Positions 15,672 to 30,940 of a DNA stretch of 40,646 nt are shown here, piece after piece. The stretch is from Eledone cirrhosa. Its lineage: Eukaryota. The stretch is taken from NCBI GenBank assembly GCA_964016885.1, contig CAXHJY010000877.1, positions 1 through 40,646 of the forward strand, in the 5' to 3' direction. Within the stretch, counting starts at the first letter, position 1. The number at the start of each line of letters is the position of its first letter. The notes under the pieces are model-generated. The model ran no database searches, was not told where the DNA came from, and was given only the letters and a program-made list of their open reading frames with translations. Position numbers and translations under genes: made by a program.

Positions 15672-16235
15672 TTAGCAGTATTCGTTCCGTCTCATTGTGC
15701 TCTGGTTTTAAATCCTACAAAGATCCGATTCGATGGTCATCCTGCGGTGGTCGATAAAGTACAGTACCAGTCTAGTACTGAGAAGAGTATAATCGATAAA
15801 TCTCCTTTCCCCAAGATTTCTGTCCTTGTTTCTATATTCAAAACCATTATTAATGTATTAAAATGCGGGGATTGGCAGTATCGGTAGAGTGTCGGACGCC
15901 ATGCTTTGACGCATAGAGTTACGGCCCTTGCCATTCTGAGTTCAAATCCCGCTGAGGTTAACTTTGCCTTTCATCCTTACGGGGTCGATAAAATAAAGTA
16001 CCAGTTTTACACTGAGTAATTGCTGGCCTTGTGCCAAAAGTAGAAACAATTATTAATGTATTAAAATGCTTTGCAGCAAAGAGTTACGTCCCTTAATGGT
16101 CTGAGTTCAAATCCCGCTGAGTTCAAATCCCGTTAACTTTGCTTTTCATCCCTTGGGGGTCGATAACATAAAGCACCAGTAATACACTGGGATAATTGCT
16201 GGCCTTGTGTCAAATATAGAAACACTTATTAATGT
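15672..16235 (+). mobile_element. Head-to-tail cluster of three SINE copies (about 15672-15850 degenerate, 15865-16055, 16066-16235)
   Basis: Repeated GAGTTCAAATCC and GGGGTCGATAA cores; shared ATTATTAATGTATTAAAAT-like junctions. Confidence 0.82.
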
Positions 16236-17214
16236 ATTAAAATCAAGCTAGCTGTATCTCCACCTATTTATATTATGATTCCATTGTAGAAATCTTTACA
16301 CCTTTTCCTTCTTAGTTTGACAGAATAACGAATTAAAATGACCCAACTATACTCTCCCATTAATCTCATATAAATAAATAGAATGATTAAATATGAACTA
16401 GCAAATGTTGTGCAGGATCCGGACATACACCAAACTTACGACATGATTAGTTGTGTTTATATTCAGAGTATAATAGGGTGAACGATCCTCATGGTTATTC
16501 TTCACATTATTAAGCCAAGTATGGAGAATATAATCTTCTACATATGTACAGGTCATGATTCTCAGCTACAGATACCGCGATATCTGTGGTTATATATTTA
16601 TTTGAGAGTTCCGATGACACGAAGGTATATTTTACAATTTACACTTTATAAGACCATATTGTATACTTCGAATAAAATATTAGTTTACGACGATACAATA
16701 CATCATCATTCGGAGAAAATTGGCCTATTGTTAATGAAAGTGAGAACAGATTACCATTATTTAATCAGCCTTTAAATATGTTAGTATAATTAATGTATGC
16801 TTGTATCGGGAAAAGGCTAGCGAAAATCACTGCGGTATTCCTTCTGTCATTGAACTGCTTACCGCATCTGGGCAGAGGATATCATGTAGGACAATCTTCA
16901 AAGGATTTAGTCAATAAATGTCAAGCACAACACATTGTTTGATAATTAATTCATAGATCACGTAAGTCATTAAAGCCATTAAATGAGAAAGCATTGAGTA
17001 AAAAGTACAAAGCCTATTTCCTAATCAGGTCTTATGCCAATTATTGAATTCCGTTATCAAATAGTGTTGTCTTGATATAATAGAGTAAGAATATATTCCA
17101 TTATAATGAATTACGTCATAGACATATTATCCCCCCCAGACTCAAGCTCAATCACACTCACATTTACACTTACATATATTTACGTGCAGAAACACACACA
17201 AACACACATACATG

Positions 17215-17298
<84 letters not shown>

Positions 17299-17368
17299 TG
17301 TGTGTGTATCTATGTGTGTGTGTGTGTGTGCTTGTGTGTGTATCTATGTGTCTGTATATATATATACA

Positions 17369-17412
<44 letters not shown>

Positions 17413-17543
17413 GACGTTTTATTACGTCATCATTAGGTTTAGTGAGTAGTGACGCACGTTTCGCTATTGATCAGCTCAAGGTTTGCTCTGTATCAATCTA
17501 GCCGGATTCTGGGAAAAGAAAAAAAATATATATATATACTCAC

Positions 17544-18069
17544 GTAATTGATGGTGTAAATGTCAAGGCAACAGTGTATCTGTTGGTATGGGTGTGATGG
17601 AATATGCAAGATGTTCGATATGAGGTGTTTGAATGTAACCCACTTTTCACAAGGTTCTGGTTAACGTGCGAAAGGTGGAATGGACTTATCGAGATGGTAG
17701 GAGGGCAATATGGCATGGTTGTTATGGCGGTGGTAATTTCGGTAGCGTACATTGTGGACAGCCATTTCCGATGTTACATTTAGGTCGCGGTCGTGTCTCA
17801 ATCTGACCTTGAACTACATTGTAACAATGAATTTGTGCCCTAGGGGTAGAAATTCGAGCTTGGCGTATGCGGTAATCGATAGCAGGGTGTCCCGTGTGGT
17901 CCACATATGAATCGGTGTTTGATACCGTGGTGGTAATCTCTTGGTTGGGCTAATGGTCGATATGCCTGTTGGCAATGGTGTTGGTGTGGTTGGATAGACA
18001 GTTGTTGTTTTCGTGTTAGTTACAAAACCATTCAATTTTCCGTGTTAATAATCACTTTTCGTGACGAAT
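17544..18069 (-). other. Candidate exon (unique, GC-richer island bounded by splice signals)
   Basis: Minus-strand acceptor ACTAATTTCAG| at 18070 and donor |GTGAGT at 17543; no single ORF spans it. Confidence 0.35.
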
Positions 18070-18639
18070 CTGAAATTAGTTACATTGGTCGATCACTTCG
18101 AAGTTTAAGAGCAAGTTTGTGTCTTTTAATCTGGTACCGGCCATCAGGAGCAGACTGGAATTGAATTATTCGCTATGCTTAATCTGACACGGTCGACCAA
18201 ACCCCAAAACAAAAGTAAATGTGTGAATAAATAAATAAATAAATAGAATCAAGAAACAAAAAAAGCCAACGGAAACGAAAGAAAGAAAAATGCCCGCTCA
18301 ACAGACTGACTCTTGACACAATTCAGTCTAACGTATCTTACTACTACATGTCGGTTAGCTTTTATCGACGCTACGTCGACCTCGTTTCAAGCATACACAC
18401 TTTTCTAGTTCCACAGCAGCCCACAAATTGTTAGCGGAATATCTTCTCTTAACATTAACTTCATCATATATTGATATTCTTATAGACATCAACATGATAT
18501 TTGTTTTATTTATTTTTTATGCGTATAGATTTGTCGTATTTTTGTTGTAGGTAATGACACTTTTAGAAACAATTTGTAGGTGGTTAAGTTCTTGACGTCA
18601 TAGCATTCGTTCTTCTATAGATTTTGTTTACTTTTGCAC

Positions 18640-19200
18640 CTTCTACTGATTTTAACAATAATAATAATGACCATGCTGTGGACTTTGATGCGGATCATTA
18701 TATCGATGATGGTGATAAGAACAGTAATGTTGGTGAGGTCACTAACGATACTGAGTGCACTGCCGCTGAAAATGATAGTTATGATAACGACGCCGATGAC
18801 GACAATGTTGATGATGATGATAACGACACTGTTGATGATGATGATGATGATGACGACAATGTTGATGATGATGATGATGATGATGATGATGACCATGATG
18901 ATGATGGTGAAGATTAAATACCATGATGGTAAAGATTATGAAGATATTGATGAAAATGTTGCCAATCTGAATGATAATATAATGTTCTTGATGGGAATGA
19001 TCCTGATTATATTAGTAATGATGACGTCAGCGATAATTTTACTAATGATGATTTGGCAGATGGAGAAAACGATAATGGGGATAAGTTGACACACGGGTTT
19101 AGTGACGATGATAGTAACGACGCTGATCTGATCTGTGTACTTTTAAAGATCGTAATTCATCTTGTCGATACTGCTGATATCGCTGGTTATGACGATGATG
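18640..19200. repeat. Degenerate (GAT)n trinucleotide low-complexity tract
   Basis: Direct reading; purest at 18780-18910. Confidence 0.85.
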
Positions 19201-19205
19201 AAGCG

Positions 19206-19272
<67 letters not shown>

Positions 19273-19299
19273 CAGCAGCAGCAGCAGCAGCAGCAGTAA

Positions 19300-19353
<54 letters not shown>

Positions 19354-19380
19354 CAGCAGCAGCAGCAGTAATAGTAATAA

Positions 19381-19440
<60 letters not shown>

Positions 19441-19602
19441 CAGCAGCAGCAGCAGCAGTAATAGTAGTAGTAGTAGTAGTAGTAGTAGTAGCAGCAGCAG
19501 CAGTAATAGTAGTAATAGTAGTAGTAGTAGCAGCAGCAGCAGTAATAGTAGTAATAGTAGTAGTAGTAGTAGTAGTAGAAGCAACAGCAGCAGCAGCAGT
19601 AA

Positions 19603-19637
<35 letters not shown>
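19206..19637. repeat. Compound (GTA)n/(GCA)n microsatellite with higher-order blocks
   Basis: Repeating (GTA)n-(GCA)n-GTAATA blocks. Confidence 0.95.
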
Positions 19638-20088
19638 CTGTAATGATAATAATATTGACGGCAGAGACGGTGGTAATGTTAGAAGTTGCTCGTGGTATTA
19701 TGTGCCTATTAGGTAAATAGTCACAAACTAAGTAGGTGCTATGATTATCCAAAGAGAAACGACAACAAAAATGGCTTATTTCGAACTGCATTCTCTGCCA
19801 CTAATTGAGACAACTTGTCTTGTTATTTAGCCTACTGTGTGGATCAAAAAGACCTATATGGAATGTCATTGTAATACACATATGTCTGTCTCGATGATTC
19901 TTTGGTTTATTGCCTATTGCATCTAAAACATTGTGCCTCTTGTCTTCTTTTATCTCTACTTAAGTCACATTCACTTATACTTTGGTATTTTATCTGCAGT
20001 CACTTTTCCAAACGTCATCATCATCATCATATGAATATACGCAAACACGTACAAATAGCCTATCTTTATTTTAACGCACACACACACA

Positions 20089-20670
<582 letters not shown>

Positions 20671-21294
20671 GAATATCTACTAAATAAATGCAGCTTCATT
20701 TCTGATTGCACCTATTGTAATCTGAGTCAATCTGTTCTAGATTCAAGTTCCTTGAAGAAAGGAGGATATAGTGCTGTGTGGATTACTAAGTAGGTATAAT
20801 TGGTCTATTTCTTTACCCAAACTACAGTAGATATCCACTGATTTCCAACCCTTGTAAAGCGTACAGCTAAGATAATTGACTGCATATTACATGAATTTGT
20901 GCATTTCATGGTTTAAGTTTTAATATCGGAATTTATTGAGCTCTTTGGCTAGAATGTTCTACCTCAAAGGAGATATGGTTGATGTTCAAGATACGATGTA
21001 GATTAAACTTAATCTTTTAGTTTGCAGTAGCCAAAGATATTTAAACGAATATGTATTTTCCATCCTGCTAACGAATGCAATGAATGTATGAATAAATCTA
21101 CAAGTAGTATTACTATTAGTAGTACTAGTAGTAGTAGTATTGCTGTTGCAGTACTTAAAATTTCCTAATGTATTCACGTTGTTCTCCTCTTTCTGAGTTC
21201 ATATATATATATATATAACGAAGGAAATGTGGTAAGGAACCAGGTGGACCATAACGCACCAAAGTACTCAATACTTAGGGTAATAGAGTGGGTA

Positions 21295-21354
21295 ATAGGA
21301 ACCAGTAAGACCCCTCGAAACGGCTTGAGCTCAGCCGTCGGGGTCTGACTGGTT

Positions 21355-21359
<5 letters not shown>
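21295..21359 (+). ncRNA. Hammerhead relic hairpin with deleted core and stem II
   Basis: ataggaaccagt-a-agaccc-CT-C-GAAA-CGGCT(tgagctc)AGCCG-TC-gggtct-g-actggttcctat. Confidence 0.55.
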
Positions 21360-21383
<24 letters not shown>

Positions 21384-21391
<8 letters not shown>

Positions 21392-22325
21392 GAAAAAGTA
21401 TAGAAATGATTGTAGCAAGAAGCCAACAGTATTCCATAATATATAAGTGACTATAGCGTCAAAATGGGAAAATATTTAACGTAAGATGTGGGAAAAATAA
21501 TTCAAACTCAATTCAAAAAGAATCAGGATATAGATTCATCCAACAGAATTTAGTGAAATCCAGGGAATAATCAATGGAGCCTTAACTCATGATAAAATAA
21601 AGTTTAAAATACTCATCCTTCAATTTGGAACAACTACAAATGTTCTGTATAGTCTTGAAAAGACTATTTCACGAAAACTTTCAGTCGGGATGGTCAAGGT
21701 TGGAATTCGATCAACATGATGACCAAAATCTCACTGATTAATATACCAAAAAGGGAATTTAAAAGCAGGCTAGTTTAACATCATGCGTGATTATGAAAAT
21801 AAAACGCATATGTGGTAAAACAGGGCTGGTGACGTCAGAATGAGACGAATGTTTGTTTACATGAAACAACAGTCAAAAACACTCCGAAAAAAACTCTACA
21901 ACAAGGAATTCAGCAAAAAGCAATATTATCGCGGTTTTTTTTTTTTAATTACCGGGATTAGTCACAAATAATTTAAGCACTCTAGGAAAGAAATCCGAGT
22001 ATAAATATATAAATGAAAAGTATAGAAATGATTGTAGCAATAAGCCAACAGTATTCCATAATATATAAGTGACTATAGCGTCAAAATGGGAAAATAGTTA
22101 ATGTAAGATGTGGGAAAAATAATTCAAACTCAATTCAAAAAGAATCAGGATATAGATTTATCCTACAGAATTTAATGAAATCCAGGGAAAAATCAATAGA
22201 GCCTTAACTCATGATAAAATAAAGTTTAAAATACTCATCCTTCAATTTGAAACAACTACAAATGCTCTGTATAGTCTTGAAAAGACTATTTCACGAAAAC
22301 TTTAAGTGGGGATGGTGACGGTTGG

Positions 22326-22329
<4 letters not shown>
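21384..22329. repeat. About 1.5 copies of a 622-bp tandem unit inserted in (TA)n (family D)
   Basis: GTATAGAAATGATTGTAGCAA at 21398 and 22020. Confidence 0.9.
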
Positions 22330-22414
<85 letters not shown>

Positions 22415-22510
22415 GTATTTCTAAAGAAATACGGTTTTAGGAAGCCGTAGCTATGCAAACACCGGGGGGCTAACGCCCTCTGGTGGTGTCGCGCAGAGGC
22501 AAGGGGGACA

Positions 22511-22554
22511 ACCGTCTATCCATTTCAGGCTTGACTGGCCTTCGTCAGGACGAT
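22511..22554 (-). ncRNA. Type I hammerhead (family A, inverted arm)
   Basis: atcgtc-CTGACGA-aggc(cagtcaa)gcct-GAAA-TGGA-TA-gacggt. Confidence 0.82.
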
Positions 22555-22888
22555 CCCTCCCACCACTTGCGACTGTGGACTTGAAAACAGCCGAGAATAT
22601 ATAGTTTTCTCGTCTGTGTAAATGAGATGATTAATCTCATTTCTATATGAAGCTGCATAAGTTGGTTCAACTTATAAGAGAAAGGCTTCCTAAAATCATA
22701 TTTCTTTAGAAATACGAAATTTCTAAACATATTGTATAAAGCTATGCTTGAAGCAAATTCTTATTTCTTTTCTATTATAACTTTTGCCAACTTATGCACC
22801 TTCATTTGCAAATGAGATTACTCACCTCATTTACACAGACGAGAAAACTATATATTCTCGGCTGTTTGCAAGTCCGGCATTGGGAGGG

Positions 22889-22932
22889 ATCGTCCTGACA
22901 AAGGCCAATCAAGCCTGAAATGCATAGACGGT
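22889..22932 (+). ncRNA. Type I hammerhead (family A, direct arm; G8A, probably inactive)
   Basis: atcgtc-CTGACAA-aggc(caatcaa)gcct-GAAA-TGCA-TA-gacggt. Confidence 0.72.
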
Positions 22933-23203
22933 TGTCCCCCTTGCTTCTTCTGGACACCACCAGAGGGTGTTAGCCTCCTGGTGTTTGCAAAGCTACGGCT
23001 TTCTAAAACCGTACTTCTTTAGAAATACGAAATTTCCATACATATTGTATAAAGCTATGCTTGAAGCGAAATTTTATTTCTTATATATATATATATATAT
23101 ATATGCGCGCGTGCGTATGCGTGTGTGTGAGAGAGAGTGTGTGTGTGTGAGTATGTATCAATAGTCAAAGAACTACATTTCTTCTTGCAAAGCGAATACA
23201 AAA

Positions 23204-23234
<31 letters not shown>

Positions 23235-23293
23235 TTATAATATATAAGAGAGGCGGTTTTATTTGGATATCTTCATTTTCAACTGAATAATTT

Positions 23294-23344
<51 letters not shown>

Positions 23345-23445
23345 TTTCGGACAGAGCCCTGGAATCGAAATCCCCTTTCACTTCACCCGATGACGCCCGG
23401 ACAATGAATTTTTACACCTGGTATCTTACCACATCTTCTCTGTTG

Positions 23446-23500
<55 letters not shown>

Positions 23501-25560
23501 GTTTTCTCACTCAACTGTTTTTTCTCTCATCCTTTTTCCTTATATATATTTTTCCTCTCTCATTTTGTATGTATGTGTTTTATACGTGTGATATCAACTG
23601 ACTCATTGTTCAATTATTACTTTCTATATTTTAAATGTATATTTTATTCTTCGATCAGGTACTAACTACCGTACAATATATTGGGATTATATTTTCGATA
23701 TCCAATATTGACCCCTATTTTATATTTCCTAACTCTAATTTACACATCTTCCTATTTCGTATTCTCCTTTTAACTTCAATCAATGTTTCTGAAGTGCAAA
23801 GGTTTGGTTTTTAACTTTTAATTTCTAATTTTTAATCTTATTACCAATTTTAAATTCCATTGTGAAATCCTAAAATCTAGACTCTAGAATTAAGTTTATA
23901 TTCTCTTCGTGGGTGATGGTCAAATCTAGTGTCCAAACATAAATAGGGGTAGAGGTGAAACTTATACTCTACCACTGACACAACGTTTTGGTCGGCTGCT
24001 GCTGCATGTTGGACTAGCAGTAAACTATAACTTAGTGGTTGACGAGTGCCCTGTGACCTTATTACCTCACCGGCTGGGATGGGGGAGATTGGTTAGATGT
24101 ATGGTTGCCTAGGCTGGTGTCGTTGTGTTTTGGGTAGTATTTAGATGGTAAACCTCCTTCACATCTGAGCCTGCACAAAGCTGTGGAGAGGAATTAGGGC
24201 TCACAAGTGAACCTGCGAAGGCTTCAAAAATATCTTCTTTGTCTCTTCTCTTGTCGTTTTAGTTTGGATTGCTTCGAGAAGGTAACATTGTGTAAAGAAG
24301 CTGTCTGATGAGATCATGCCACTCGTTACGCAGAACCGCATGGCTAGTGTCGTCATTTAAAATCAATAAAGAACTTCAATATCGGCAACAACTTCGTATT
24401 TTCTTATTCTAAATATACTCCATCATTCCTATGTAGAAACGTACGTAGAGTGCTTGAATTGAATTGCATCAATATTTATCGTTATTGCATATATATATGT
24501 ATATAGGAAAAGGGCTGTTTCGACAGCTCTATCTCTATTTACATATATAAATATACATATATATATACATATATAAATATACATATATATATATATATAA
24601 ATATACATATATATATATATACAAATATACATATATATATACATATATATATATAAATATACATATACATATATATATACTTATATATATATATATAAAT
24701 ATACATATATATATACATATATATATATATATAAATATACATACTCTTTTACTCTTTTACCTGTTTCAGCCATCCGGCTGAGGCCATGCTGGGGCACCGC
24801 CCTTGTTGCTACACATTTTATCTCCAGCCTGTATAGTTTGGCCACTGGTGTAGGAGGGAGTTTGTTGCTGCTACCCTTAGGTTTCCCTCGTGTCTTGATG
24901 TGGGCTCATCCGGGATCCTGGATAACAAGGTGTCGAGATGTTTCTTAAAGACATCCACCTCCACGTCATGCAAGTCTCTCAGATGCCTCGGCAGCCTGTT
25001 GAAGAGTTGAGGGCCCTTGAATCCCAGGCTATTGCAATACCTGCTCCTTATTTTAGATGTGGAAGACGGGACCTTTGGCACCACACAGTGACGTCCTGTT
25101 CGACGGTTGGTCCAGCTCCCAATGCCAAAGTTTGGTGCTAGTCCCTCCAGGATTTTCCACATGTAGATCACTGCGTATCTCTCCCGTCTTCGCTCCAAGG
25201 AGTAGAGGTTCAGTTCCTTCAGCCTCTCCCAGTAGCTTGTCTCCCTCATCTTGGCAATCCTCTTGGTGTAGCTTCGCTGGATTGCCTCAAGCTCCGTGGT
25301 TAGTTTGACACTATGGGGTGACCGCAGCTGGGAGCAGTAGTCCAGGCGGCTTAGGACAAAAGTCCTCCACAGTGTCAACATGGTGTCTCGATCTCTTGTA
25401 AGGAAAGTCCTCAAGATCCAGCCAGCGAATCGTCTACATGTCGCCACCTTCATGATTTGTGAAGAAAAAGATGCATCATCGCTCATGTCTATGCCCAGGT
25501 CTCGTATCGATTTTGACACGGGGATATCGGTCCCTCCTGGTCCTGTGTAGCTGTGTTCCA

Positions 25561-26508
25561 CTATATTTGTGTTGCAGGTTTGTATTGTAGGGCTTGGAAT
25601 TTGCCAGCATTAAACTGCATGTTGTTTTCTTCCGCCCATCTGTATATGGCATCCAGAACCTGCTGTAAAAGGGTAGCGTCAGCCGGGTTTTTGATTGCCT
25701 GTGCTACCTTAGTGTCATCAGCATAGCTAGTGAGGGATGTTGTTGCATGCACCACAGAGGGCATGTCCGAGAGAGCCACCAAAAACAGTAGTGGTCCCAG
25801 GACTGACCCCTGGGGCACCCCACTTGTTATTGGTGTTTCCTTTGAGAGGGTCCCAATTGCTGCGACTGCCTGGCTTCTGTCCCTTAGGAAGCCATGCAGC
25901 CACTCACCTACTTTTCCAGTTATGCCGAGTCCGTGTAGTTTGTGACATATCATTCCCTGCTCGACCTTGTCAAAGGCCTTCGCAAAGTCAAGATATATCA
26001 CGTCCACATGTGAGCTGTCTAGTAGTTGTCTCAGTACCCAGTCGTAGTGATGTAGCAGCTGTGTAAGGCAGCTTCTTCCTGGGCGGAAGCCATGTTGCGT
26101 GCTAGTCAGGCGGTCATTTTCTTCGAGGAAAGTGATTAGTTTCTTTCTGACGACTCGCTCCATGACCTTACTGATATGCGACGTCAGGGAGACTGGCCTA
26201 TAGTTCTTGGCCTCCGCTCTACTACCTCCTTTATGGATAGGGCATATTGTGCCTCCTTTCAGCTCCCTGGGTAGTACACCGCTAGCCAAGGAGCTTCTGA
26301 AGAGCATCTTCAGTGGAGTTGCTAAGGCCCGCTTACATATGTTTAGGAGAACTGCTGGGAATCCATCAGGTCCAGCAGCCGAGTCTGTTCTAATTTCATC
26401 AATGGCGTACACTACATCCTCCTCCGTTATGTCTATGTGGTTGATGGTTGCCATTTCTTGATGTAGTGTTGTGGCATCAAAGAACTCCTCTGGCTTCGTT
26501 ATTTGCAT
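25561..26508 (-). pseudogene. LINE reverse transcriptase core fragment
   Basis: RT motifs as above; continues in another frame at 24818-25561. Confidence 0.92.
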
Positions 26509-26834
26509 GTGCCTCAGTGGACATGTGAAGACACTTTTGTACTGTTCGTTCAGTATTTCACATATCTCTTGGGATTTTCGGTTAATGAACCGTCCGTGTA
26601 GAAGAGTGGTCCCAATCTTGCAGTGTACTGAGGCAGTTTATTTTGCAAATTTAAAGAAGGCCATAGGGTTTGTTTTAATGTTTCTATGGCCCTGTTCTCT
26701 TTCTTTGCCCTCTCATTCTCATGTGAAAGTTTGAGTGCAATCTCGGTGTCAGTAGTACACGTTTCAAATGGGATTCCTTCTTGTTTTTGTTTTTGTTGAC
26801 TATTCAACTGGTTTGAGAGGTTTAGTTCTACGTC

Positions 26835-27834
26835 TCATATGGATTTTCCTATCTCTGGGAATAAGAGTTTTGTGTCTGTTTGCCTCTTTCTCCGGGACAC
26901 ACTTTTTGCATATGGTGTGTATCGTTGGTCATGAAGTTGAAATTGTGTGTTAGTGTCTTGTGTGGCAGTGTTTTCACTCCATATTTGCTTCCGGATTTCA
27001 CTCTTTATCTTTTTCCAGTTAGCCTTGTAGAAGTTAAGGTTGGATAGCGTCCCGGAGCTTCTTGGTGGTTTTGTCTCTGTTGGTTCTCTTGGACCACATA
27101 TCATTAGCTCTACTAAGTTATGATCCGAGAGAATTGTTGGTGTCACCTTTACATTGTGGATGAGCACTTCGTTGTTTGTAAAACAGAGGTCCAGGACATT
27201 TTCGCCTCTTGTTGGGAGGAGTATTGCTTGCTCCATGAACAGCCTGTGTGTGAGGGCCAGCAGGGATTCCGTCTGTCTCTGTTCTATTGACGTCATTCCA
27301 GGGAGGAGGTCGCCCTCAGGCCATTTGACCTTTGGTAGGTTGAAGTCTCCCAGCAGTAGGATGTTGAGACCCTGGTCCAGTTTGTCAAGGACCTCTTCTA
27401 TCCTACTTAGGCTATGCTCAAATTTACCCTCATGACTGGGGGCATCGGGCAGCCGATATGTGACACATATTACCGTCTGTAGTTGCTTCATATGTATTAT
27501 CAGTGTGTCACAGACTGAGTTTGAATGTGTCAAAAGTACAATTGGTGTGACATCTTCACGGATATACAGAGCAACCCCACCATGAGTTCTCTCCTTCCTG
27601 TCCGAACGAAATACAGTATATTTCGGTATATGTATTTCTGCATCTGCTATACTGCTTGTCAGGTGCGTTTCGGTTTGTGCCATGCATAGTGCTTGATTCC
27701 TTATGGCTAAATCTCCCAGGTAGGAAATTTTACTCATGTTGCTGAGTTTCACCAGGCCCCTGACATTCAGCAGCAGCACTGGTGTGACTTTTGGGGTGCC
27801 AGTAATGGCTGTCGGTATGACACCTGGCGGCAAC
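26835..27834 (-). pseudogene. LINE APE endonuclease fragment
   Basis: APE motifs; the upstream ORF extension through (TA)n is spurious. Confidence 0.9.
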
Positions 27835-27924
27835 ATATATATATACATATATATATTTAAATATACATATATATATATAAATATACATATATATATATAA
27901 ATATACATATATAAATATACATAT

Positions 27925-27957
<33 letters not shown>

Positions 27958-28036
27958 AAAATATACATATATATACATATATATATATATAAATATACAT
28001 ATATATATATATAAATATACATATATATATATATAA

Positions 28037-28083
<47 letters not shown>

Positions 28084-28112
28084 AATATACATATATATAT
28101 ATATAAATATAC

Positions 28113-28143
<31 letters not shown>

Positions 28144-28145
28144 AA

Positions 28146-28663
28146 CATGGTGGCTGCCAACTCGTTTTCGAGTACGGCCACTACTTTATATCCATGTAGG
28201 AGAAACCCTACGGATGCGCTGAACGAGTGTGACTTTTCAGTCCAGCCAGCGATTTGACAACTCTGGTACAAACACTACACTTTTGACAATTATTGACACA
28301 TAGTGCTGGGCCCATGGTACGATGTGACGACAAGTGCAGAGAGATCTCCAGATATAAAGCAATGCCTGTGCCGTGAAGCTTTTATAGTGAGCAAAGGCAC
28401 TGCACAAAGCCAGTCCCACTCTCTTAACCAAGATGATATGTACCAAAAAGAAGAATAAGTCAACATCATTGGATACCATCAGGTTTGCAGGTGTTATATC
28501 AGAGTTATCCTTCTCCTAGAATTCTGCCTTGACAAAGGCCAAGGGGTCATCTCTCCCGGTGATTTTGGATGGTCATTGACTCTTAAGAGCTCCTTTGGCC
28601 TTTGACAGGTTTTGTTTTTAGTCCTGCAGGATGTCCAAAGTCACCCTCCTCACCAAGAAACCT
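28146..28663 (-). mobile_element. Second RTE-derived element, truncated by about 95 bp at the 5' end
   Basis: Near-identical reverse complement of 13359-13873. Confidence 0.8.
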
Positions 28664-29834
<1,171 letters not shown>

Positions 29835-29848
29835 GTTTTAATATAGAT

Positions 29849-29901
29849 GAGATTCTACAGGACTAGAACTGTTTCATTCATTAGAAATCATCAGGAATCT
29901 C
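29849..29901 (-). ncRNA. Type I hammerhead ribozyme in an approximately 110-bp island within (TA)n
   Basis: gagattc-CTGATGA-tttc(taat)gaat-GAAA-CAG(ttctagtc)CTG-TA-gaatctc. Confidence 0.85.
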
Positions 29902-29942
29902 CTTACTTACTGTGGTTACCTCCGATTCAACCCGGAATAACG

Positions 29943-30810
<868 letters not shown>

Positions 30811-30940
30811 GCGGCGATGAATTAGTTTTGCGAGGTTTTTTATATGAAATCGTGTGTCGAAACAGATATTGTTATATTTGGGGAGGGTCATATTTGCGTA
30901 ATATTGCCAGAATGAATAACAGAACACACTCACTGTTTGG

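Larger units (their letters stand above)
22411..23082. mobile_element. Retrozyme-like family A: inverted arm (22411-22678) plus about 1.27 direct monomers (22684-23082, period 313)
   Basis: TTCTTTAGAAATACGAAATTTC at 22702 and 23015; arms are reverse complements; a hammerhead in each arm. Confidence 0.88.
24742..27834 (-). mobile_element. CR1/L2-group LINE (APE endonuclease + RT), 5'-truncated, with stops and frameshifts
   Basis: APE: LLNVRGL, TETHL, GGVALYI, LGDFNLP, LDLCF, SDHNLV. RT: NYRPVSLTS, QHGFRPGRSC, YLDFAKAFDKV, GVPQGSVLGP, YADD, SLERRRERY. 3' tail (GTAAAAGA)n. Confidence 0.95.

Noticed and set aside
24296-24530. CTGATGA at about 24305 and GAAACGTACGTA-gagtg at about 24436
   Set aside because: The halves do not share a matching stem I; at best scrambled relics.
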